From a virus (Duplodnaviria; Caudoviricetes), in IMG/VR virus record IMGVR_UViG_3300042922_001297, positions 1 through 53,560 of that record: 53,560 bases of DNA, one strand, 5' to 3'. A program made the position numbers and the translations under genes. This document shows positions 9,602 through 16,947 of this stretch, piece by piece; position 1 is the first letter of the stretch; each line of letters begins with the position of its first letter. Below the pieces are notes generated by a model. It saw only the letters and a program-made list of their open reading frames with translations. It was not told where the DNA came from and did not search any database.

Positions 9602-9638
9602 GAAAGGGACTCTCACTCGAGAGTCTCTTTCTTTTATT
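9602..9638 (+). terminator. Rho-independent terminator
   Basis: GAAAGGGACTCTC-ACTC-GAGAGTCTCTTTC stem-loop followed by TTTTATT. Confidence 0.8.
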
Positions 9639-9918
9639 CAGACATCTGTCTTTGTTTAGCTCATGCATCTCATTGGACAACAACTCGACCACACCACATA
9701 ACCACTCTCATCTAGTCTCGTGACGCTTGCGCTACGGATACGTAGCGACCGGCCGTCTTAGATGAGAGATGGTGCATGGCTTTTCTTTTGACAGATGGCT
9801 ACTTACTTTGCACACACGGCTACTGCCGTTCATCGGCTGCTGCCTCAGCTCGCTGCGGCGAGCTGATCTCTGCGGAGATCTCAACTGAGAGATTCATTTT
9901 TGGGGAGAGTAGAGAGAA

Positions 9919-10003
9919 GAGAGGGGGGAGAGAGGGAGAGGGGGGAGAGAGGGAGAGGGGGGAGAGAGGGAGAGGGGGGAGAGAGGGAGAGGGAGGGGAG
10001 AGG
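9919..10003 (+). repeat. Polypurine tandem repeat, 5 x 17 bp (GAGAGGGGGGAGAGAGG)
   Basis: Four perfect copies (9919-9986) and one with a single mismatch (9987-10003); 9911-10003 contains only purines. Confidence 0.9.
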
Positions 10004-10158
10004 TAGGAGGGAGGGCAACCGACTGACGCGACTGGCCCCGCTCCGAGGCCGGCACCGACCGCCTCAGAAAGACGACTGCCCCGGTCCACTTCACCCGTCT
10101 AGGTTTCGACCTCACGAACGCAACGCTCTGACCTGCACAAACACGGAGCAGTGCAAGT

Positions 10159-10224
10159 AGTGCAAGTGCAAACATACCTTCCATACACACGCATACGCGT
10201 AGGAAGTATGTTTTCACCTGCACT
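10159..10224. promoter_or_regulatory. Palindromic element copy 1 (upstream of D5 helicase)
   Basis: 19-bp arms AGTGCAAGTGCAAACATAC / GTATGTTTTCACCTGCACT (2 mismatches); the core resembles the reverse complement of the element at 26123-26185. Confidence 0.7.
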
Positions 10225-10267
10225 GCCGTACACTTCCGGTATCGTCCTGACCCGAGGAGAGACCCTT

Positions 10268-11713
10268 ATGTCCGATCCGTCCCAGTCCGGGGACGGTGCG
10301 AAGCCAGCCTTGCTCGCTCGCGCCGACGCCGGGGACGCCAGAGCTGCAGCCCACCTCACCGAGGGCCAGCAGCGCATCGCCCACCTGCTCGCCGTGCGGG
10401 CAGAGGGGCGGCTCCTGCACTGCAAGGCGTACGGCTGGCTGACGTGGACGGGGACTCACTGGTCCTCCGACGACGGGGTCGCCGCACGCAACGAGCTGTT
10501 CGCTCTGCTGCGCGAGGCGATGCAGTCGCCGGACAAGCTGACCGAGAAGGCCGCCCAGTCCTGCATGAACGACGGACCGCAGCGCGGGGTGCTCAACATC
10601 GCCGCCCTGCTCCCGCAGTTCCACGTCACGCTCGACCAGCTGGACGCCGATCCGTACCTGCTGAACCTGGCGAACGGGACGTACGACCTGGCCAACCTCG
10701 AGCTCCGGCCGCACGACCCGGCAGATCGTCTCACGAAGATCGCCCGCGCTGCGTACGACCCGGACGCACCGAGCCCGGTGTGGACGGAGCACCTCGAGTA
10801 CTTCCAGCCCAGCCTCGAGATCCGCGAGTTCCTCCAGCGGTTCTTCGGCTACGCCCTGCTGGGCAAGGTGGTCGAGCACGTCCTGCTCATCGCCTACGGA
10901 GCCAAGGGTGCCAACGGCAAGGGCACCACCGACCGTGCTGTCCAGCACGTGCTCGGGGACTACGCCACCTCGGCCAGCCAGAACCTGCTGGTCCAGACGC
11001 GCGCCAACTCCGCAGACGCAGCGAGCCCCGCTCGCATGGCGCTGCTGGGGCGCCGGCTCGTGGGCATGTCCGAGACCGAGAAGCGCGTGGCCATCGCCGA
11101 AGCGCTGATGAAGAACCTCACCGGTGGTGACATGGTCACCGCCCGTGCGCTGTTCAAGGACGAGATCACCTTCGCTCCGTCGCACACCTTCGTCCTGTAC
11201 ACCAACCACAAGCCGAAGCTGTCCGGCGACGACGCCGCAGTCTGGCGTCGTGTGCTCCTGGTCCCGTTCGACGTCACGCGACCGCGCGACCAGTGGGACA
11301 AGGACATCGACGCGAAGCTCGAGCTCGAGGCCGACGCGATCCTGACCTGGATGATCGAGGGCTACAAGGCCTGGTCCATCACCGGTCTCGACGCGCCGGC
11401 CTCCGTGCGTGCAGCCACCGACGAGTACCAGTACGAGGAGGACAGCACCGCCCAGTTCCTGGCCGAGCGGCTGACCGCCGACCACACCAGCACCATCCCG
11501 GCGAAGGACATCTGGAATGCGTACGAGGACTTCGTCCGCGAGACGCAGGCCATCGCCATCACGCAGAAGGACCTGTACTCCAAGCTCGAGCTCGCCGGCT
11601 ACTCACGTGTCCGCCGATCCACGGGCTACATGTTCAAGGGCGTCGACCTCGTCAGCGAGGCCACGACTCCCGACCTCGAGATCCTCACCGACACCACCGA
11701 GGGGGTGGCATGA
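10268..11713 (+). CDS. D5/P4-family SF3 DNA helicase (no primase domain)
   Basis: D5_N-like LDADPYLLNLANGTYDL, Walker A-like GANGKGT, Walker B LVGMSE, motif C YTNHKP, AVWRRVLLVPF, C-terminal winged-helix-like region; GAGGAG RBS. Confidence 0.9.
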   Translation: MSDPSQSGDGAKPALLARADAGDARAAAHLTEGQQRIAHLLAVRAEGRLLHCKAYGWLTWTGTHWSSDDGVAARNELFALLREAMQSPDKLTEKAAQSCMNDGPQRGVLNIAALLPQFHVTLDQLDADPYLLNLANGTYDLANLELRPHDPADRLTKIARAAYDPDAPSPVWTEHLEYFQPSLEIREFLQRFFGYALLGKVVEHVLLIAYGAKGANGKGTTDRAVQHVLGDYATSASQNLLVQTRANSADAASPARMALLGRRLVGMSETEKRVAIAEALMKNLTGGDMVTARALFKDEITFAPSHTFVLYTNHKPKLSGDDAAVWRRVLLVPFDVTRPRDQWDKDIDAKLELEADAILTWMIEGYKAWSITGLDAPASVRAATDEYQYEEDSTAQFLAERLTADHTSTIPAKDIWNAYEDFVRETQAIAITQKDLYSKLELAGYSRVRRSTGYMFKGVDLVSEATTPDLEILTDTTEGVA

Positions 11714-11901
11714 CCGCAACCACCACGCTGGTCCAGGCCCTGTGCACCCCGTGCACCCAGGCTGAGACCCGCATCTCCATGCGAGGCATCAAGTCCGGGG
11801 TCTGGACCCAGCTGCTCATCACCAAGCTCACGCCCAGTGACCAGGTGTGCGACTGGTGCCAGAAGAAGAAGGCCCTGTTCCTCGTCACGTCCAGCAGCTG
11901 A
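11710..11901 (+). CDS. Small zinc-finger protein (CxxC...CxxC)
   Basis: ATGA overlap with the helicase stop; CTPC and CDWC motifs. Confidence 0.7.
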   Translation: MTATTTLVQALCTPCTQAETRISMRGIKSGVWTQLLITKLTPSDQVCDWCQKKKALFLVTSSS

Positions 11902-11916
11902 GAGAAGAGACACCTC

Positions 11917-12174
11917 ATGCGCAAGCACCAGCACCACGAGATCAGCGACGCGACCGTGGTCGCGGCGATCGTGATCACCGGCATCGCCCTGTTCGCCGCG
12001 GTCCTGCTCAGCATGCTGAGCACGAGCGCGTCCGCCACCGTCGAGCCGACGCCCGCCGTCGCCGTGTCGGTGGACATCCAGCCCGTGGTCAAGACCAGCT
12101 CCTGCTGGCACGCACCGTGGCTGCCGCAGTTCCCGAGCGAGAGCATCTGCTCGTTCCGCAAGCCCACTGCCTGA
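11917..12174 (+). CDS. Small membrane protein
   Basis: Purine-rich RBS; hydrophobic segment VVAAIVITGIALFAAVLLSML. Confidence 0.7.
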   Translation: MRKHQHHEISDATVVAAIVITGIALFAAVLLSMLSTSASATVEPTPAVAVSVDIQPVVKTSSCWHAPWLPQFPSESICSFRKPTA

Positions 12175-12209
12175 CACCTCATCCGCATCGCAGCCACTGA
12201 GGAGAGACC

Positions 12210-12533
12210 ATGCCGTTCGTACTCTGGGTCCTGATGACCCTGCTGTTCCTGATCATCACCGTCCTGCTGGTGCTGCTGCTGCGCATGAGCAGCCAGCTCC
12301 GCACCTACGAGGACAGCCAGCGCCGGCTCACCCCGGCGTACGTCACCGCCGTGCTCGGTCTCACCGACGCACAGGCCACCATCAAGTACGTGCTCACGCT
12401 GGTACCACCGCCGCCGCCCGAGGTCGTCGCGTCCACCGAGCTGGACCTGGCGATCGAGGAAGCGGTGGCTGTGACCCAGCCTCAGCCTCGGTTCGCACCG
12501 GTCATCCCGCTGCACCCGAGGAGCCACAGCTGA
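12210..12533 (+). CDS. Membrane-anchored hypothetical protein
   Basis: GAGGAG RBS; N-terminal transmembrane-like helix. Confidence 0.75.
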   Translation: MPFVLWVLMTLLFLIITVLLVLLLRMSSQLRTYEDSQRRLTPAYVTAVLGLTDAQATIKYVLTLVPPPPPEVVASTELDLAIEEAVAVTQPQPRFAPVIPLHPRSHS

Positions 12534-12745
12534 TGCGCGCCAACCTCACCAGCCAGACCAAGAGCTCGACCACTGGCGCAGGATCCATCCCCGTGGCACG
12601 CGCCACCTTCGTGCTCGGCAAGCCGGGCGACGCCAAGGAGTACCGCCTGCCGTCCGACGTGCAGGTGGAGCTGGGCCGTCAGGTCGTGGCCGACATCCGT
12701 GCACGACGTGCAGCCCGGGGCATCCCGCCCGAGGGCCGACGCTGA
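12533..12745 (+). CDS. Hypothetical protein (70 aa)
   Basis: TGATG translational coupling at both ends. Confidence 0.65.
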   Translation: MRANLTSQTKSSTTGAGSIPVARATFVLGKPGDAKEYRLPSDVQVELGRQVVADIRARRAARGIPPEGRR

Positions 12746-13089
12746 TGGGCGACGCACCGCACATGACCGACGACGTCGTCAACGGCAAGGCCGTGTACCT
12801 CAGCCGGCACGCCATCGAGGCGTGCATCGCGCGAGGGTTCACGCTCGACCAGGTCTTCGACACCCTGCGTGGGTGGGAGAACCGCTACGTGCAGTCCCGC
12901 CGGTACGGACAGGAGGGCACGACGCCCTTCATGTACCAGCTCGGGGACATGGGCGTGGGCGTGGCCGAGACGGACGCGCTGATCATCGTCAAGACGGTCC
13001 TCCTGCGTGAGCGCAGGCAGTGGACCAACGAGGACGCGCGCGCCGCACGCCGAGCTCGCGTCATCGCGAGCGCGCCTGCGCCCCTCTGA
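12745..13089 (+). CDS. DUF4258-like (RelE/colicin D-like fold) protein
   Basis: YLSRHAIEACIARGFTLDQVFDTL resembles the S-x-HA..R.RG pattern, with a C-terminal IIVKTV strand. Confidence 0.5.
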   Translation: MGDAPHMTDDVVNGKAVYLSRHAIEACIARGFTLDQVFDTLRGWENRYVQSRRYGQEGTTPFMYQLGDMGVGVAETDALIIVKTVLLRERRQWTNEDARAARRARVIASAPAPL

Positions 13090-13236
13090 GCGCCGTTCAG
13101 TCCGGACCCTGGCAATCACCAGGGCCCGGGCTGTGCGTCGCCCACAGGGCAGCGCAGCTACCGATCCTCCCGCCTGCTGCGGGGCGGGAGGATCGGCACA
13201 ACCATCCGACGCAGCACGGAAAGGTAACAACCGGAC

Positions 13237-13590
13237 ATGACGGACAACAAGAGCACGAAGCCCGCCGCCAAGACGACCGAGACGAAGGCGCCGGCCAAGA
13301 CCAAGGCCAAGCCCCGCACCCTCGAGGAGCGGATCGCCGAGCTGCAGGCCCAGGCCGACGCGCGCGCCGCCAAGGCCAAGGCCAAGGCGGAGCTCGAGTT
13401 CAAGGAGGTCGAGGGCAAGTACACCCGCGCGGTGAGCCAGGCCACGAAGTTCGCCGGCGAGCTGCGTGACCTCTCGGCCAAGCACGGGTTCACCCTGCCC
13501 GCCGGGATCACGCCGCCCACCGCCGGTGACGTCGAGGCCGCGCAGGTCGAGCTGGCCCACGAGGTCGAGGGCGACAGCGACCAGCGCTGA
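13237..13590 (+). CDS. Lys/Ala-rich coiled-coil protein, possibly DNA-binding
   Basis: GAAAGG RBS; basic N-terminus followed by RTLEERIAELQAQA heptads. Confidence 0.75.
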   Translation: MTDNKSTKPAAKTTETKAPAKTKAKPRTLEERIAELQAQADARAAKAKAKAELEFKEVEGKYTRAVSQATKFAGELRDLSAKHGFTLPAGITPPTAGDVEAAQVELAHEVEGDSDQR

Positions 13591-13676
13591 CGCACGATCC
13601 TTCGGTGCACGGTGCGTCACTGCCCAGTGCAGTGGCGCACCGTGCGTCACCACCTGTCTCACGAGAGGAGACGACC

Positions 13677-14492
13677 ATCAACACCACCGGCATCAAGGCG
13701 GGCGACGCCATCACCAAGGTGCTCGCTGACACGAAGGGTCTGCCTGCCTACCTGGCTGGCAGCTCGGTCGCTGCACAGGTGCACGGCAAGCACCACGCCT
13801 ACACCGACATCGACCTGTTCGTGCCGAACCAGGGCAGCTACTACACCCTGGTCGCCCACCTGCTCAACCGTGGCTACTCGTTCGAGAGCGACAGGTTCGA
13901 GCGGATGTGGGCACGGCACCTCGAGTACGGCTTCAAGGCCTGGCACACCAACAGCATGAAGCTGCTCGACGACACCACGGGTACCGAGGTGAACGTCATC
14001 TACAAGCGCGTCGACGGGCACGAGACGACCAGGCTCAGCCAGGTCCTCGAGTCCTTCGACTTCGGTCTGCTCGGGGTGGGGTACGAGACGCTGACCGGAC
14101 GCTTCAAGGACATGCGCGAGTACCTGTTCCCCGGGGTGTGGGATCCCCACGCACCGGACGCACCGCTGCCGATGATGGACTACCGCGCCGACACCGTCGG
14201 CAAGGGGTACATGTCGCAGCACATCATGATGCGCACGCCCGGTCGGTTCGCCCGGTACGCCAGCACCTACGGCTACGACCTGAGCCTGGTCAAGCCGACG
14301 CTGGTCGCCGGGTACCAGAGCTTCGCCGACTACAAGCTGGCGCGCAGCAAGCCGGAGGACCTGGCGCTCGGGCAGATCGCCGAGACCCTCGGCCAGCACA
14401 TCGCGCTCGACATGTACGACGAGCTGCTCCTCTTCGAGAAGAAGCTGGTCGTGGCCGACGGGCTCGACGACATCATGGAGGCGCTCGAGTAA
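13677..14492 (+). CDS. Nucleotidyltransferase (pol-beta superfamily); start uncertain (ATC 13677 or GTG 13719)
   Basis: AYLAGSS...YTDIDLFV signature (hG[GS]...DxD), plus a later FDF motif as seen in CCA/poly(A) polymerase-type heads. Confidence 0.75.
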   Translation: MNTTGIKAGDAITKVLADTKGLPAYLAGSSVAAQVHGKHHAYTDIDLFVPNQGSYYTLVAHLLNRGYSFESDRFERMWARHLEYGFKAWHTNSMKLLDDTTGTEVNVIYKRVDGHETTRLSQVLESFDFGLLGVGYETLTGRFKDMREYLFPGVWDPHAPDAPLPMMDYRADTVGKGYMSQHIMMRTPGRFARYASTYGYDLSLVKPTLVAGYQSFADYKLARSKPEDLALGQIAETLGQHIALDMYDELLLFEKKLVVADGLDDIMEALE

Positions 14493-14728
14493 TGGCACAC
14501 CGAGTCATCGGCACAGACGGCGAGCTCGGGGTGATCGACCCGAACCGCTGGGCCGTAGCAGAGCGAGGCTCCCTGCTGGCATCGGGCTACACCGAGATCC
14601 GCTCCGTGCACCGCACGAAGAACGCAGCACGAGGTGCGCGCACCGCGCTGGCCGGCGACGCCTGGACCAGCCGGATGCAGTACCGCATCCTCAAGCGCGA
14701 CGACCACGGAAGGTGGGGACCAGCATGA
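14492..14728 (+). CDS. Hypothetical protein (78 aa)
   Basis: TAATG coupling; GGAGG RBS. Confidence 0.7.
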   Translation: MAHRVIGTDGELGVIDPNRWAVAERGSLLASGYTEIRSVHRTKNAARGARTALAGDAWTSRMQYRILKRDDHGRWGPA

Positions 14729-14913
14729 CCGCCAGTGTGGGTGGCTCCACCTACGGTGAGACCGACACCATCACGGACGACGAGATCGCTCGTGCGTCCG
14801 TTCCCAACCTCGGCGCCCTGATGAAGAGCGCCGTGGACCGGGGGCTGATCGCCCCGGTCAAGAGCTACACCGACTACTCGCGACTGCGCGAAGCGCTGAC
14901 CGAGCAGGCGTAG
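14725..14913 (+). CDS. Hypothetical protein (62 aa)
   Basis: ATGA overlap with the previous gene. Confidence 0.65.
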   Translation: MTASVGGSTYGETDTITDDEIARASVPNLGALMKSAVDRGLIAPVKSYTDYSRLREALTEQA

Positions 14914-14987
14914 CTCGACGGCACAGGTCCCATGACCTGTGACGATGCAACATCCGGATGCAGTACCGAAGAAGGGACAACGACACG

Positions 14988-15482
14988 ATGTCGTTCCAGA
15001 CCATCGAGCTCGCCAACAACAACGTCCTCGTCAAGGGCACCGACGCGCTGGGCGTGAGCGGGCAGACCGTCATCGACGGCACCTACTGGGCCGAGCGCAA
15101 GCGCCGCGCCCAGATCGAGGACGCGCACGAGAAGTTCGACGCCGCGGTCGAGGAGTTCTACGCCCCGATCGTCGCGGCGATGGAGGCCACGAACAAGGCC
15201 GTCCAGATCGACCGCGACCCGCTGCTCTACGTCGTGGAGCAGGAGGCGAGCGAGGGTGCGCACGCCCGCGAGGAGGTCGTCGTCCGTCTCGACGACGCGT
15301 CGGTCATCCTGCGCGCCATCGAGCAGGGCCGGACCGACCGCCTCATCTGGGTCGGCGACAAGCTCGTCGTCACCGCTGCGCCGGTGCCGACCAGCACGCC
15401 GGCGCCGACCGAGGTCGTCGACCTCGACCAGGTGACGGGCGAGGACGGCGAGGGCATCTCGACCAACCCGTCCACCGTCTGA
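14988..15482 (+). CDS. Hypothetical protein (164 aa)
   Basis: GAAGGG RBS; strong GC3 codon bias. Confidence 0.8.
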   Translation: MSFQTIELANNNVLVKGTDALGVSGQTVIDGTYWAERKRRAQIEDAHEKFDAAVEEFYAPIVAAMEATNKAVQIDRDPLLYVVEQEASEGAHAREEVVVRLDDASVILRAIEQGRTDRLIWVGDKLVVTAAPVPTSTPAPTEVVDLDQVTGEDGEGISTNPSTV

Positions 15483-15486
15483 TCTC

Positions 15487-16947
15487 GTGCTCCCTGAAGA
15501 GGGAGCCGAGGTCGAGCTGATCCTGGACCGGGGCATCCGTGCACACAGCACGGGTGCCCCGGCCTCGGGTCCGATCCTCAAGGTTCCGAACCTGCCCGAC
15601 GACAGCTGGACTGCCGACGAGCTCGAGGAGCTGGCGAAGCAGACGCAGCAGGTGAGCCAGAACGCCTACCTGATCAACCAGGTCTCCAACAGCCAGCCGA
15701 CCTACGTGACTCCGACCAGACCGTCGATGCACACGACCATCGGCAGCCTGATCGCCGAGCAGCGCCTGCTCGTGTGGATGCGGAAGCTGGACGGCAGCGG
15801 CTCCTTCGTCCCGATGAGCCACGGCCAGTACCAGACCATGCGCAACATCCACCTCGACGAGCTCAACGAGTTCGTCAAGCAGACCAGCGACTGGTACATG
15901 GGCGACCGGTCGATCGCGACCCGGCCGAAGAGCGCCGCCTTCAGCATCATCATCCCCGAGCTCGACACACCACCCGAGAAGGAGACACCAGAGACCATGC
16001 TCGAGCAGCTGCTCCGGCTCTACACGATGTTCATGGTGACGGGCGCAACCAGCCCGATGCCGCACTTCGTCGGACCTCCTGGGTCCGGCAAGTCCACCGT
16101 CTTCAAGACGCTGGCCGACATGCTCGGCGTGCGTCTGTTCACGGTCAACGTCTCGCGCATCAGCCCGCTCGAACTCGAGGGTGTGCAGATGCCGAGCGAG
16201 GACCGCACCAAGCTCGACCTGCTGCACAACCCGATGTGGACCCAGCTCAAGGACGGGGACATCGTGCTGCTCGACGAGTTCCTGCGTGGGTTCCCCGAGG
16301 TGTACAACGGCCTGCTCGACATCCTCACCGCACGTGAGGTGGCGGGGCTGCGGCTGCCGAAGGTGTTCATCGCCGGCGCGAGCAACTCCGTCGTGACCTA
16401 CGACGGCGCGCTCGAGGACCGGCTGCTGCACATCAAGGTGCCCGACCCTCGCAAGGGCACGGCCGAGCGCGGACGCCTGGCGTGGATGATCATCGACCAG
16501 CTCGGGCTGGACCCGCGCATCAAGGGCAGCACCGAGATGGACGAGCTCTTCGAGAAGGAGATCCTCCCGATGTTCGAGGTGCTCGACGCCTTCGACGGCA
16601 AGGGGCACAAGGTCGGGTCGACCAACACCTCCATCGAGGGCACCTCCGTGCGCAAGCTGATCGGCCAGGCCGAGCTGCGCCACGTGCTGAGCCCGGCGCT
16701 GAAGGCGCTGATCGAGGCGAACAACCACATGGCTTCGGCCCCGGGCAAGGGGCAGTACATGTTCCTGCTGTCCGGGGACAAGGTGCCCGCTGGCTACGAG
16801 AGCACGGCACGTGCGCTCGGGTCCGCGGTCGACAAGCTCACGCCGGTCCAGCGCCGGAACCGTGAGCTGAACCTGCAGCTCATCGAGATGCAGAAGCAGA
16901 AGGCTTCGGCCAAGACACGAGAGGACGACGATGACGGTCCGTTCTGA
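15487..16947 (+). CDS. MoxR-like AAA+ ATPase with N-terminal extension (start uncertain; internal ATG at 15997)
   Basis: Walker A GPPGSGKST, Walker B VLLDEF, IAGASN, ALEDRL arginine finger. Confidence 0.85.
   Translation: MLPEEGAEVELILDRGIRAHSTGAPASGPILKVPNLPDDSWTADELEELAKQTQQVSQNAYLINQVSNSQPTYVTPTRPSMHTTIGSLIAEQRLLVWMRKLDGSGSFVPMSHGQYQTMRNIHLDELNEFVKQTSDWYMGDRSIATRPKSAAFSIIIPELDTPPEKETPETMLEQLLRLYTMFMVTGATSPMPHFVGPPGSGKSTVFKTLADMLGVRLFTVNVSRISPLELEGVQMPSEDRTKLDLLHNPMWTQLKDGDIVLLDEFLRGFPEVYNGLLDILTAREVAGLRLPKVFIAGASNSVVTYDGALEDRLLHIKVPDPRKGTAERGRLAWMIIDQLGLDPRIKGSTEMDELFEKEILPMFEVLDAFDGKGHKVGSTNTSIEGTSVRKLIGQAELRHVLSPALKALIEANNHMASAPGKGQYMFLLSGDKVPAGYESTARALGSAVDKLTPVQRRNRELNLQLIEMQKQKASAKTREDDDDGPF

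Noticed and set aside
9919-10003. Tandem repeat as a CRISPR array or coding sequence
   Set aside because: The units are contiguous with no spacers, and the overlapping ORFs (9776-10006, 9820-10089, 9894-10223, 9900-10160) are low-complexity translations without support.
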